From a virus (Duplodnaviria > Caudoviricetes): 52,047 nt of DNA. The notes under the pieces were generated by a model. That model was given only the letters and a program-made list of their open reading frames with translations, ran no database searches and had not been told where the DNA came from. The position numbers and the translations under genes are program-made. The first letter of the stretch is position 1. Each line of letters begins with the position of its first letter. This document shows positions 28,571-38,787 of this stretch, piece by piece. Location: positions 1 through 52,047 of the IMG/VR virus record IMGVR_UViG_3300032237_000364; one strand, 5' to 3'.

Positions 28571-29281
28571 ATGAACAAACCAATTAACATGAGCCTGACA
28601 AATGGTACTACTAGTGAAAAATTGCAGACAAAGCGCAAACCAAAGTCTCCTATTAAATTCGAAATTTCTTTAAATGACGAGCAGAAAAATGCTAAATCAA
28701 AAATTTTAGAAGCTGACATTACTTTATTAGCCGGGCAAGCGGGTTCAGGAAAAACATTGTTAGCATGTCAAATTGCATTAGACATGTTTTTCAATCGTCA
28801 AACGGAAAAAATTATTATTACGCGGCCAGCGGTAGCTGCAGCAGAAGATATTGGTTTTTTGCCAGGATCGATGAAAGATAAAATGGATCCGTGGTTAGCT
28901 CCAATATACGCAAACTTGTATATGTTATATAACAAACAAAAAATTGACAAAATGATTGAAGAAGACTCGATTGAAATACTTCCCATAACATTTGTCAGAG
29001 GCCGTACATTTGTTAATTCAGTTGTAATAATTGACGAGGCGCAAAATGTAAGTACTAAACAAACTGAAATGATTTTAGGTCGTTTAGGATTGAATTCGAA
29101 AATGATGTTTTGCGGAGACACTTCGCAGATAGATTTGAAAAATAAAAAGGAATCTGGCATTGACTTTTTTAAAACTTTAGAAGCTCGTGTAGAAGGTGTT
29201 AAAGTTATTACATTGTTGCAAAACCATAGACATCCTATAGTTCCGAAAATTCTAGACGTGTACAAAGAATATGAAAAATAG
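28571..29281 (+). CDS. phoH: PhoH-family ATPase (start may be 28589)
   Basis: GQAGSGKT, ITRPAV, IGFLPG, RGRTF, IIDEAQN, GDTSQID and HRHPIV motifs. Confidence 0.93.
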   Translation: MNKPINMSLTNGTTSEKLQTKRKPKSPIKFEISLNDEQKNAKSKILEADITLLAGQAGSGKTLLACQIALDMFFNRQTEKIIITRPAVAAAEDIGFLPGSMKDKMDPWLAPIYANLYMLYNKQKIDKMIEEDSIEILPITFVRGRTFVNSVVIIDEAQNVSTKQTEMILGRLGLNSKMMFCGDTSQIDLKNKKESGIDFFKTLEARVEGVKVITLLQNHRHPIVPKILDVYKEYEK

Positions 29282-29429
29282 TCTATATAGACTATGCCAA
29301 ATATGGTATATTTAACAGTCGTATACATACCAATTTGGTCTTTGTATTAAGACGCCTATATACTTTTATTCAATACAAGCTTCAGAGTAATTTAGGCCGG
29401 TGTTATTAGATTTCTTAATTGATATTAGT

Positions 29430-29954
29430 ATGATAAAATTAAAAGAGATAATGGAGTTTGAATTACATAAAGTGTATTCCAATCCATATCACACTGCATT
29501 TAAGTCTTTAAATGAAGAAGTGGAAAAGAAATTGTTTATAATGGTAGGTCTTCCAGGGCCTGAAAAGTCTACATTTATAAAAGATTTGTCGAATCCAGTA
29601 GTTTGTTCAGCAGACCATTATTTTGAAAAAGGTGGAGAATACAACTTCGATCCGAATAAGTTAGGTGCTGCACATCAGCAAGCTAAAAACAAATGTTTAG
29701 ATAGCATGTTACAATCTAAACCTTTAGTTGTAATTGACAATACAAACTTAACTGACAGAGAACGTAAGCCTTATGAAGAAATGGCTCAGAAGTATGGATA
29801 TGATATTACTTACGTAGTATTCGAACCAGACAAAAAGAACATTGCAAAATTAGCTAAAAGAAACTTGCATGGAGTGACGGCCGCGAAATTAGAAGTTATG
29901 TTAGGCAGATATCGACCACCTTCAGGAGATAAAGGAACAATAATTTTTAAATAA
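29430..29954 (+). CDS. P-loop kinase-like protein (AAA_33/N4BP2-like) with degenerate Walker A
   Basis: MVGLPGPEKSTF, CSADHYF, VVIDNTNL and RNLHGV; start revised to MIKLKEIME at 29430. Confidence 0.7.
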   Translation: MIKLKEIMEFELHKVYSNPYHTAFKSLNEEVEKKLFIMVGLPGPEKSTFIKDLSNPVVCSADHYFEKGGEYNFDPNKLGAAHQQAKNKCLDSMLQSKPLVVIDNTNLTDRERKPYEEMAQKYGYDITYVVFEPDKKNIAKLAKRNLHGVTAAKLEVMLGRYRPPSGDKGTIIFK

Positions 29955-29961
29955 CAACTGT

Positions 29962-30282
29962 ATGTTTTCAAGTGAGTATCTTTGGGTAATGCTTTTAGGA
30001 GTTTTTGTAGCAATATCCTTTATTGCAGGATCGGTGATGTATGTTAATAAACTTTTCATACATGAAACAAAAGAAATACTAGTTAGATTTATACTAATGG
30101 TATTTGCTGCTTTGGTTGCTGTATTTATAGTCGATAAAGTCGTTGCGTTCAAAATTAAGTTACTGACTGATGAAATGAGTACACAACTCTTTGATTTAAT
30201 TAAAACACTGACACTAATGATTTTCTCATACTATTTTGGCACGCAAAAAGCTGGTGCTCAAGATAAAACTTTAAATAAATAA
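29962..30282 (+). CDS. Putative holin (3 TM segments)
   Basis: Three hydrophobic helices, YYFG tail, directly upstream of the endolysin. Confidence 0.6.
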   Translation: MFSSEYLWVMLLGVFVAISFIAGSVMYVNKLFIHETKEILVRFILMVFAALVAVFIVDKVVAFKIKLLTDEMSTQLFDLIKTLTLMIFSYYFGTQKAGAQDKTLNK

Positions 30283-30287
30283 CTTTT

Positions 30288-30878
30288 ATGAATTTAGAAA
30301 AATTAAAAGGTCATGTACCTGACAGCGTAATTGAACAATTACCCGAGACCATGGCAAAATTTGGTATTGATACTCCAATAAAATTAGCACACTTTTTAGC
30401 ACAAGCGGGCCACGAGTCTGGTGGGTTTAAAAGTGTGAATGAAAATTTAAACTACAGCGCTAAAGTGCTTCGCAGCATATTTGGAAAGTACTTCCCTACA
30501 GATGAAAAGGCGTTACTTTATGAAAGAAAACCTGAAAAGATTGCTAACTTAGTATATGGTGGTAGAATGGGAAATGGTGTAGAGTCTACGGGCGACGGAT
30601 ATAAATTCAGAGGCCGCGGATACATTCAACTTACAGGGAAAAGCAATTACGAAGCTTTTGGAAAATCTATAGGCGTTGATATATTATCGGTACCGGACTT
30701 GGTAGCTACAAAATATCCTTTATTATCAGCAGCTTGGTTCTTTACCAGATGTTTATCTAAATGTAAAGATGCCACAAACGAATCAATAATTGCAGTAACA
30801 AGATGCGTAAATGGCGGAACTATAGGAATTGCTGAACGTACAAAACACTTCAATGAGTACTATAAATTATTAGCATAA
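30288..30878 (+). CDS. Glycoside hydrolase family 19 endolysin
   Basis: AHFLAQAGHESGG, ENLNYS, FRGRGYIQLTGKSNY, SAAWFF and VNGG motifs. Confidence 0.92.
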   Translation: MNLEKLKGHVPDSVIEQLPETMAKFGIDTPIKLAHFLAQAGHESGGFKSVNENLNYSAKVLRSIFGKYFPTDEKALLYERKPEKIANLVYGGRMGNGVESTGDGYKFRGRGYIQLTGKSNYEAFGKSIGVDILSVPDLVATKYPLLSAAWFFTRCLSKCKDATNESIIAVTRCVNGGTIGIAERTKHFNEYYKLLA

Positions 30879-30917
30879 TTTTTTTTAAAAGATAATTATA
30901 TTAAATAAGAATATACT

Positions 30918-32078
30918 ATGCCAAGTATGTCAATAACAATTCCAGTATGGCCAGGCTCAAGCTCATTTACTACGGGTTCGACACCATTTGGATTTTTTGA
31001 TTCTGATACTGTATTTGCAGGGTCGGCTGACAAGGTAGCGCATTGGTGTGCTTCTAGACTTGGATATCCGTTCAATGACATTGAACTTCAAGACATACAT
31101 TTTTACACGTGTTTTGAAGAAGCTGTGCTAGAGTACTCTAATCAAGTCAATCAGTTTGCAATACGAGATAATATGTTTTTGTTACAAGGCGCGCCCATAG
31201 GCACAAACCTAACCGGAAAAGCTATTAATCCTACCTTAAATCGTCTTGTAACTGTATCGAAGAACTATGGCACAGAAGCGGGTAGCGGGGGTTATTTGGC
31301 ATGGAAATCAGCATCTATTGATATAATAACTGGTCAACAAACGTACAGTCTTAAGGATTTTAAATATGAGACCCTAGGAGATGCTACACATTCGATAGAA
31401 GTTAAAAAAGTTTTTCACGACACACCGCCGGCAATTGTAAGATATTTCGATCCGTTCGTTGGAACGGGTTTAGGTTCACAAACTTTATTAGAAAATTTTG
31501 GATGGGGTAATTATTCGCCCGGTGTTTCATTTTTAATGATGCCGGTATATGCTGACTTATTAAGATTACAGGCTATTGAATTCAATGACCAAATTCGTAA
31601 GTCAGGATATAGTTGGGAGATTACCGGCGAACAAATTAAAATATTCCCAGTCCCAACATACAATTACAAACTGTATATTAACTATATTACAGTAGAAGCC
31701 CGCGCTCAACAATTATTTAATGCGGGAAGTAATACAATTGGAGATTTTTCCAATGCTTCTTACGAACTGCACGTATACAGCAAAATCAATCCTGCGGGAA
31801 GACAATGGATTAACAAATATACTTTAGCTCTTGCAAAAGAAACTTTAGGCAATATACGTAACAAATACTCTTCAGTTCCAATACCAACAGCGGAAATGAC
31901 TTTAAATGGCGCAGATTTAGTTGCACAAGGACAAACTGAAAGAGATGCTTTAATTGTACAGCTACGTGAAAATTTAGATGCTGTTTCAAAAAATGCACAA
32001 TTAACTAAATTGACTCAAGACGCACAAAGTATACAAACACAATTGCAAATGAGCCCGATGATGATTTACATCGGCTAA
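30918..32078 (+). CDS. Neck protein (gp13-like)
   Basis: RLGYP..IEL, WINKYTLALAKETLG.IR.KY..P..TLNG motifs. Confidence 0.75.
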   Translation: MPSMSITIPVWPGSSSFTTGSTPFGFFDSDTVFAGSADKVAHWCASRLGYPFNDIELQDIHFYTCFEEAVLEYSNQVNQFAIRDNMFLLQGAPIGTNLTGKAINPTLNRLVTVSKNYGTEAGSGGYLAWKSASIDIITGQQTYSLKDFKYETLGDATHSIEVKKVFHDTPPAIVRYFDPFVGTGLGSQTLLENFGWGNYSPGVSFLMMPVYADLLRLQAIEFNDQIRKSGYSWEITGEQIKIFPVPTYNYKLYINYITVEARAQQLFNAGSNTIGDFSNASYELHVYSKINPAGRQWINKYTLALAKETLGNIRNKYSSVPIPTAEMTLNGADLVAQGQTERDALIVQLRENLDAVSKNAQLTKLTQDAQSIQTQLQMSPMMIYIG

Positions 32079-32088
32079 TATATAAAAT

Positions 32089-32619
32089 ATGGCACAATTC
32101 GGTTCCCGTCGAGATATGGGATTGTTTATGGGACTTAATAGAGAGATATTGCACAAGTATATTGATACTCCAGTGCTTGTCTATAAACTCGACTTGAACG
32201 CAACTGCTACAAACGTGTATGACGAGGCTGACGAAAAGATTTATTCTCAGCCAATATTGGTTCCTGCAATTGCAACTATAGATGACCAAGTGTGGACTTC
32301 GGAAGACTTCAATTCAGACGTTACACAAAATGCTACATTTGGATTTCTTCGTGAAGATTTAATTACTCTTAATATAGTTCCTGAGATTGGCGATGTGTTT
32401 GAATATCGTTCTAGATTCTTTGAAGTAGATGGGTTTGTAGAAAATCAATATGTAGCTGGCAAGTCTCCGGACAATTCTTTCGCCGCACTAACATATGGTT
32501 TGGATTTGTCAATAGTTTGTTCAACACACATGACTCGTCAATCAAAATTAAATATTGTACAAACCCGTTTCGGCAATTCAGTGTCAACAAAAAATATAAA
32601 ATTGCCAAATAATTTATAA
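32089..32619 (+). CDS. Neck/head-closure protein (gp14-like)
   Basis: NVYDEA and PEIGDVF..FFEV motifs; follows the gp13-like gene. Confidence 0.6.
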   Translation: MAQFGSRRDMGLFMGLNREILHKYIDTPVLVYKLDLNATATNVYDEADEKIYSQPILVPAIATIDDQVWTSEDFNSDVTQNATFGFLREDLITLNIVPEIGDVFEYRSRFFEVDGFVENQYVAGKSPDNSFAALTYGLDLSIVCSTHMTRQSKLNIVQTRFGNSVSTKNIKLPNNL

Positions 32620-33782
32620 TGAGACCAATTAAACCAACATATTCAGAATCGACTTTTTCCAATAACGATGAAGTTAAAAGATTAAGCGGATATTCTAACG
32701 TAAAGCGTGGACCTGTCAAAGACATTTCCATAGCTTTGTACGATGTTGACTATGCGATTAAATGGCATCTGGAAAATATTATACAGCCTACTATTACAGA
32801 AGATAATGTCGTAATACCAGTACCTGTATTGTTTTCATCTGGGGAGAAATGGGCAGCAGTTCAAAAACATGGTTATTTACGAGATAACCAGGGAAAGCTA
32901 CTTACTCCATTAATAATGCTTAAAAGAAATTCTGTATCTAAAAGAGACGATATTTTAGATATTAAAGTTTTAGAAACTACTGAAGCTAGAATTACCTTTG
33001 AAAAGAAATATTCCAGTCACAACAGGTATGACAAATTTTCAGTTACCAATGGAAAGCCAACTTCAGAGTATTATTCAGTAGACGTTCCAAAATTTGTACA
33101 AGTTGAGTATGATGTATTATGTTGGACTAACAATACTTCGCAATTAAATGAAATTGTTGAACAGTTGATTTGGTTCGATGGTAAAGCATTTGGAGATACG
33201 CACAAATTCAATACATACATTGATGCGCCAACATTTGAAACGATTAACTCAACAGGTGACGATAGAATAGTTAGAGCAACGTTTTCGATGCGAACAAAAG
33301 CTCATATCTTAAATACACACGGTGCCAACGCTCCTTCAATGTATAAATTGAACCCGGTCAACAAATTGGTAATCGGTTTGGAAACTGCTGTATCCATATC
33401 CACAGTTGCAAATGCAATGAATAACGGCACTTCGGTAATTATATCTGGAACCACAACTAACAATTCGTCGATGAATGCTACAGTGCTATATTTGAATTCA
33501 AATACACAGTTAACAGGTAATGTTATAAATTCAACAACCGTAAACTTTAATTCAGAATGGTTAAGTGCTCCATCGCCATTGCCTAGTACTTCAGTAAACA
33601 ACTTTACATTTTTTGTAAATGGACAAATGTTAGAACGTTCTGCAATTGTATCTTTCATACAGTACACAGGACTAGGATATAGTAGATTAATTGTTAACAC
33701 TAGTTTTTTAGGATTTACATTGCAAAATTCGGACGAAGTTATAGGAATAGGTAAATTTATCAATCAAGATCCATTAGCATAA
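32619..33782 (+). CDS. Tail completion/terminator protein (gp15-like) with C-terminal extension
   Basis: VPV..GEKW, PLIMLKR and P.FV.VEY..W..QLNEIVEQ motifs; synteny. Confidence 0.55.
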   Translation: MRPIKPTYSESTFSNNDEVKRLSGYSNVKRGPVKDISIALYDVDYAIKWHLENIIQPTITEDNVVIPVPVLFSSGEKWAAVQKHGYLRDNQGKLLTPLIMLKRNSVSKRDDILDIKVLETTEARITFEKKYSSHNRYDKFSVTNGKPTSEYYSVDVPKFVQVEYDVLCWTNNTSQLNEIVEQLIWFDGKAFGDTHKFNTYIDAPTFETINSTGDDRIVRATFSMRTKAHILNTHGANAPSMYKLNPVNKLVIGLETAVSISTVANAMNNGTSVIISGTTTNNSSMNATVLYLNSNTQLTGNVINSTTVNFNSEWLSAPSPLPSTSVNNFTFFVNGQMLERSAIVSFIQYTGLGYSRLIVNTSFLGFTLQNSDEVIGIGKFINQDPLA

Positions 33783-33783
33783 A

Positions 33784-36456
33784 ATGTCATTAATAAGAGG
33801 TGAACAAATATCGGGCAGTGTAGCATCAGCATCATATGCTGTGACAGCGTCATATTCTTTAAATGGTGTTGTAAGTAATATTAATACAAGTTCTCTTGTA
33901 ACAACAGCCTCTTTTAATGCATTTACTTCTAGCTACAATACAGGATCTTTTACCGGATCTTTTACAGGTGAATTGACAGGAACCGCATCATATGCAATAA
34001 GTTCATCTAAAAGTGTTTCTGCATCGTACGCAACAAATTCTGGATACGCAGGCAATGCCGGTTTAGTAGTAACACAAAATTCAAGTACAAATCAAGACTA
34101 TAGTTTAGTATTTGTAACTACAGGATCTAACGGATATTTGCAAACATACACTGATACAGCTAGCGGTATTTTGTACAATCCATCTACAGGTAAACTTACT
34201 TTAAAGTCAGTAAGCGCTTCTTTAGGTATTACAGGTTCTTTAAATGGTACAGCATCCACTGCAAGTTTTGTACAAACTGCACAAACTGCTAGCTACGTCG
34301 TAAGTTCTTCATACGCTAATACAGCGAGTTATGTACAAAATTCACAAACAGCTTCATACGTATTAAATTCTGTATCAAGTTCATTTGCAAGTACAGCATC
34401 TTTTGTAACCGGGTCTATATTTGCAAACAGTAATAGTGCAGCATCAGCTTCTTATGCAGTAACTGCTTCATACGTTAGAATAGCAGTAAGCTCGTCTAAC
34501 GCATTAACAGCTTCTTATGCAAATCCTTTAATACAAGCTTTACAATTAACAGGTTCTTTCAATGTCACTGGCTCGACTAGTCAAGTTGGAAATAATACTT
34601 TATACGGGAATACCACACTATCAGGTTCTATAATAATGTCTGGTTCAACTACTATTCCTGCTACGCCGACTATTAAAGTTTATGGTGATATGGAAACGAA
34701 TGGAGTGATTAAATTCATTCCAGTAGTTAAAAATATAGACAATTCAATATCAGCATCGTACATATTTGTGTCGGGATCGACACAAGACTTATACTTCGTT
34801 CAAAATGGCAATGGATATTCTAATACAACTCGATTAAGATGGATAGAAGGTAATTTATATACTGGACTTTTAAGTGGTGGTATTATTTCTGCATCTTTAG
34901 GAACAAATACATATTACATATCATCTGGTTCAGGAATTATTGTAAATTTGAATGCATCTACAGCAAGCAGCGATCCATTTCCAACTATACAATATTTACA
35001 ATGGAATCAATTATCAAAAAAAATTGATGCACTTTCAGCTTCTTTCGATCAACAATTTGTGTCTATCAACAGTTCGAATGTTATAGAAGCTCAAGGCATT
35101 CCATATACTGACGGCGACTTAAATACTAAAATTCCAATTGGAGTAGTAGTACATCAAAACCACACAAATATAAATGCTTTTCAGACATTTCCTAGTACAG
35201 GGTATGGTTGGAAGCAAAGAACAGCTGATTTTATAAATGCATTTGGCCCTTTGAAAATTTCGGGATATACTTTAGAACCGAGTGGTTCTTCAACAGGTTC
35301 ATTAGTTTTAGGAGGTGGTACTGCCTGGGTGGATGGAAGAAATTACACAATAGATCCAAACAACCCAAGTTATATATCAGAGCCTGCAGGCCTTACAGTT
35401 TCAAAAATATATAGATATTATCAATCTGGTTCAGGTGCTAATAATTGGGTTTATGATACAAATGGAGGTGTTGGATATACTACAATTGATCCCTCAAAAT
35501 ATTCAAATAATGGTACATTAGCCAACGTTGCAAATAATAGATGGTCTATACAAAGAGTATATTATTTTCCAAATAGTGGAACAAAAGCTTTTTATATTTA
35601 CTATGGAAATGCAATATATAATAGTGAAGCTTTAGCACTAGCAGCAGTAGATACTGAGTTATTTACAGAAGCCCCTAATACAGCAGCAAATGCTATATAT
35701 GTGGGGTATATGATATTAAGAGGTAACGCCGATTTCACATCTGCAGCTTCATTTACTATATATCAAGCGGGTTTATTTAGACGTAACAATGCAGGGGGAA
35801 GTTCAGGCGGAATTACTACTCCAGGTGGATCTACTGGCCAAATTCAATATAATAATACTGGAGCATTTGGAGGAGTAACAAATCTTACATGGGATGGTTC
35901 AATATTAACAGCAACGGGTTCTTTTACGGGATCATTTGCAGGACAATTAATTGGTTCGGCTTCATATGCCACAACGGCAAGTTATGTACAAAATGCTCAA
36001 ACAGCATCATATATAGTAACTGCTCAAACCGCATCTTATGTAACGGGTTCGATTTATAATAGTACGAATCCAGCATTAAGCGCTTCTTATGCAACTACAG
36101 CGTCTTATGCGACTATTACAGAGCAAATAGGAGCTGTATTTGATGGGCAAGGCGGTAATATATCAATCAATGCAACTGGTTATTACAGAGCTACTTACCC
36201 GTTTTCAATTATTAATTATTATATAGATGCGAATAACTCAGGATCTATTCAATTTGATTTGCGCGTAAACGGAACTTCTATAATAGTACCAGGAGGTAAC
36301 TTACCAACATTAACTTCGGCACCTAGTTCATCGGCAGCAATTGCATCGTGGGCAACTTCATCTTTAACTGCGGGAACTTTAATACAATACATAGTAACGG
36401 GCAGCGCTCCAACAGTATCATGGTCAAAATTAACTTTAACAGTAAAAAGAACATAA
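33784..36456 (+). CDS. Fibre-like virion protein with (T/S)ASY(A/V) repeats
   Basis: Many TASYV/SASYA and GSFTGS repeats; PGGSTGQIQYN..AFGG module. Confidence 0.65.
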   Translation: MSLIRGEQISGSVASASYAVTASYSLNGVVSNINTSSLVTTASFNAFTSSYNTGSFTGSFTGELTGTASYAISSSKSVSASYATNSGYAGNAGLVVTQNSSTNQDYSLVFVTTGSNGYLQTYTDTASGILYNPSTGKLTLKSVSASLGITGSLNGTASTASFVQTAQTASYVVSSSYANTASYVQNSQTASYVLNSVSSSFASTASFVTGSIFANSNSAASASYAVTASYVRIAVSSSNALTASYANPLIQALQLTGSFNVTGSTSQVGNNTLYGNTTLSGSIIMSGSTTIPATPTIKVYGDMETNGVIKFIPVVKNIDNSISASYIFVSGSTQDLYFVQNGNGYSNTTRLRWIEGNLYTGLLSGGIISASLGTNTYYISSGSGIIVNLNASTASSDPFPTIQYLQWNQLSKKIDALSASFDQQFVSINSSNVIEAQGIPYTDGDLNTKIPIGVVVHQNHTNINAFQTFPSTGYGWKQRTADFINAFGPLKISGYTLEPSGSSTGSLVLGGGTAWVDGRNYTIDPNNPSYISEPAGLTVSKIYRYYQSGSGANNWVYDTNGGVGYTTIDPSKYSNNGTLANVANNRWSIQRVYYFPNSGTKAFYIYYGNAIYNSEALALAAVDTELFTEAPNTAANAIYVGYMILRGNADFTSAASFTIYQAGLFRRNNAGGSSGGITTPGGSTGQIQYNNTGAFGGVTNLTWDGSILTATGSFTGSFAGQLIGSASYATTASYVQNAQTASYIVTAQTASYVTGSIYNSTNPALSASYATTASYATITEQIGAVFDGQGGNISINATGYYRATYPFSIINYYIDANNSGSIQFDLRVNGTSIIVPGGNLPTLTSAPSSSAAIASWATSSLTAGTLIQYIVTGSAPTVSWSKLTLTVKRT

Positions 36457-36457
36457 T

Positions 36458-36697
36458 ATGGAATATAAAATTATAAGTGTAAGTCATCAAGAAGATACAA
36501 TAACTACTACTGTAGAATTTCAATTAATTTCTGATAAACTAACGGTTAACATTCCTCATTACAAGCCAACTTCTATAGAACAAATAATAGATAATATAAT
36601 CAATAGAGGATTATCCGAACAAGCGAAGCTTGATTCTATCAATGCATGTACATCTTTATTGTCTTCAATTCCTGTAAACGAAACAATAAGTTTTTAA
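36458..36697 (+). CDS. Small hypothetical protein (possible fibre-associated)
   Basis: 79 aa between two fibre-like genes; TAATG overlap with the next gene. Confidence 0.55.
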   Translation: MEYKIISVSHQEDTITTTVEFQLISDKLTVNIPHYKPTSIEQIIDNIINRGLSEQAKLDSINACTSLLSSIPVNETISF

Positions 36698-38325
36698 TGG
36701 CTACTTATTACTTTAGAAGCGGAAGTTCTCTTTGGAACAATACTTCAAGCTGGTCAACATCATCACCATCAGGAAGTTCTGCATCAGTCATACCAACTTC
36801 AAGCGATGATGTATTGTTCATATCTGGATCGGGTATTTCCTGTCTTGTCGCAACATCTGCAGGTAACTGTAAAACTTTAAATACAAGTACTTACGCGGGG
36901 ACAATTTCACTGAATGCAGCATTAAACGTGTTTGGAAATATTACTTTAGGAACACTAACCGTTTTATCTGGATCTTCCGCTTTGGTATGTGCTTCTAGCT
37001 CAATTTTATCTTCATCAGGTAACACTACGATTAACTGTCCATTCACTCTTTCTAATTCAGGTTTAAGTAATACATACACGCTAGCTGATAACTGGACTTT
37101 AAATGGAACATTTTCCACTTCGGCCACGGCAGGGGCTTTAACACATACAATAAACGGTAATAATATTTACTGTAAAAGTAATCTTTCTATTAACGGAGGT
37201 TCTTTTTCCGCAGCCTCGCTAACTACAGGGTCGACAGTAATAAATATGATAGGTTCTGGTTCCATTACCCAATCACCAACCACTACTGGAGGATTAGGCA
37301 ACTCTTTAGTATTTAATTCAAGCGGGTCTATAATTTTACCTAATATTTTATATTACAGGGGCGGCCCACTAAAATATATTACGGGTAGTTTATCTGGATC
37401 TTGCTCCGCACTAATTACAGGAGATTTTACTGCGGATATGACAAATGGTGGTTCAAATACATACATAACACCATTTAACATATCAGGTAGTAATAGTTCA
37501 AATGCTACGATAACTATGCTTAGCGATTGGTATATTAATGGCATTTCGTGGTCAAACTTTAATTTAACTATAAACGGATATTCATTGTACACAACAGGTT
37601 CAATAGTTTCCAACGGAAATGCATACTTGTCAGGCACATCTGTTTTACGATTGAAAGGCAACTCATCAGGACAGAATATTTATACCGTAAATGGCACTAT
37701 AGGATTTGATTTATCTTTAGAAGCGGGGGCAAATCAAATTAACATTATTACCCTAAATTACACTCCTAAATCAGGTGGTAGTACAGTAACATATATCAGT
37801 GGTGCTGTAAATGCTACAGGAACATTTACTATATCTGGTCCTAATAATGTAACTTTAAATACCTCAGGTGTTAACTGGAACAATATTACTTATACCGGCG
37901 CTTCCTTTACAACTAATTTAAATTCTGCTTTAAATGTAAACGGTACAAGTTCATTCGGCGTAAATAATTATACTTTTTCAGGGTCTAACGGATTTACGAC
38001 AAATACACTTGTTTGGAATACTACCCCTACAACAATAAATACTGGTATAGTTTTAGCATCTGGATTAACATATACAATAACAAATAATTTGATTCTTTAT
38101 TCCGCAACAATTCCTACATATTTAGGTATAAAATCATCTAATTCGGGGTCTGCAGCATTTTTTATTCTCAACTTCAATGCTTCTCAAACTGTAGGAAATG
38201 TACAACCAACAGACATAAATTCCAGTAATGGACAAACAGTAGCCGTTTGGCAACCAGGACCTTTAAACAATACTACAAATTGGGTAGTTCTTTCTAAACC
38301 AGTAACATACGTCTCAACGTTTTAA
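36697..38325 (+). CDS. Beta-helix-like virion/adhesin protein (start revised from 36646)
   Basis: MATYYFRSGSSLWNNTSSWS..P.SSDDV N-terminus; very Ser/Gly/Asn/Thr rich; TAATG coupling. Confidence 0.6.
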   Translation: MATYYFRSGSSLWNNTSSWSTSSPSGSSASVIPTSSDDVLFISGSGISCLVATSAGNCKTLNTSTYAGTISLNAALNVFGNITLGTLTVLSGSSALVCASSSILSSSGNTTINCPFTLSNSGLSNTYTLADNWTLNGTFSTSATAGALTHTINGNNIYCKSNLSINGGSFSAASLTTGSTVINMIGSGSITQSPTTTGGLGNSLVFNSSGSIILPNILYYRGGPLKYITGSLSGSCSALITGDFTADMTNGGSNTYITPFNISGSNSSNATITMLSDWYINGISWSNFNLTINGYSLYTTGSIVSNGNAYLSGTSVLRLKGNSSGQNIYTVNGTIGFDLSLEAGANQINIITLNYTPKSGGSTVTYISGAVNATGTFTISGPNNVTLNTSGVNWNNITYTGASFTTNLNSALNVNGTSSFGVNNYTFSGSNGFTTNTLVWNTTPTTINTGIVLASGLTYTITNNLILYSATIPTYLGIKSSNSGSAAFFILNFNASQTVGNVQPTDINSSNGQTVAVWQPGPLNNTTNWVVLSKPVTYVSTF

Positions 38326-38462
38326 AAATTATTTAATTGTATATTGAAAAATTCATATGTATTTTTAAGAAAATTTCAAAGTTTTGAATTATTATAACAT
38401 AATTATAAGTAATAATATACTTAATTAATAGTATATAGTTATAAATTAAATATAAATTAGTT

Positions 38463-38726
38463 ATGGAAAACGAAATTAAATTAGATACTCAGACTCTTGA
38501 TTTAATTAAATCACTGAGTGACCAGTACAATGAAATAACATTTCAGCTCGGTCAGATTAAAATTGAAAAGATTCAACTGGAAGATTTTGAAAATACAGTA
38601 ATCAAGAAGTTACGGTCTTTACAGGAATTGGAAAAATCTACTTCAGAGGAAATTCAAAAAAAGTACGGGGAAGGTGTACTTAATTTAGAAACAGGAATAT
38701 TTACATCGAGCCAAACTACAGTTTGA
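38463..38726 (+). CDS. Small coiled-coil protein
   Basis: 87 aa ending KYGEGVLNLETGIF, upstream of the sheath gene. Confidence 0.6.
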   Translation: MENEIKLDTQTLDLIKSLSDQYNEITFQLGQIKIEKIQLEDFENTVIKKLRSLQELEKSTSEEIQKKYGEGVLNLETGIFTSSQTTV

Positions 38727-38787
38727 TAAGAAAAATACATATTTATATGTAGTAATCAATTTTCAAACAACTAAATACAGATAACCA

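Noticed and set aside
28571-29281. phoH as a novel auxiliary gene
   Set aside because: Common and well described in large phages.
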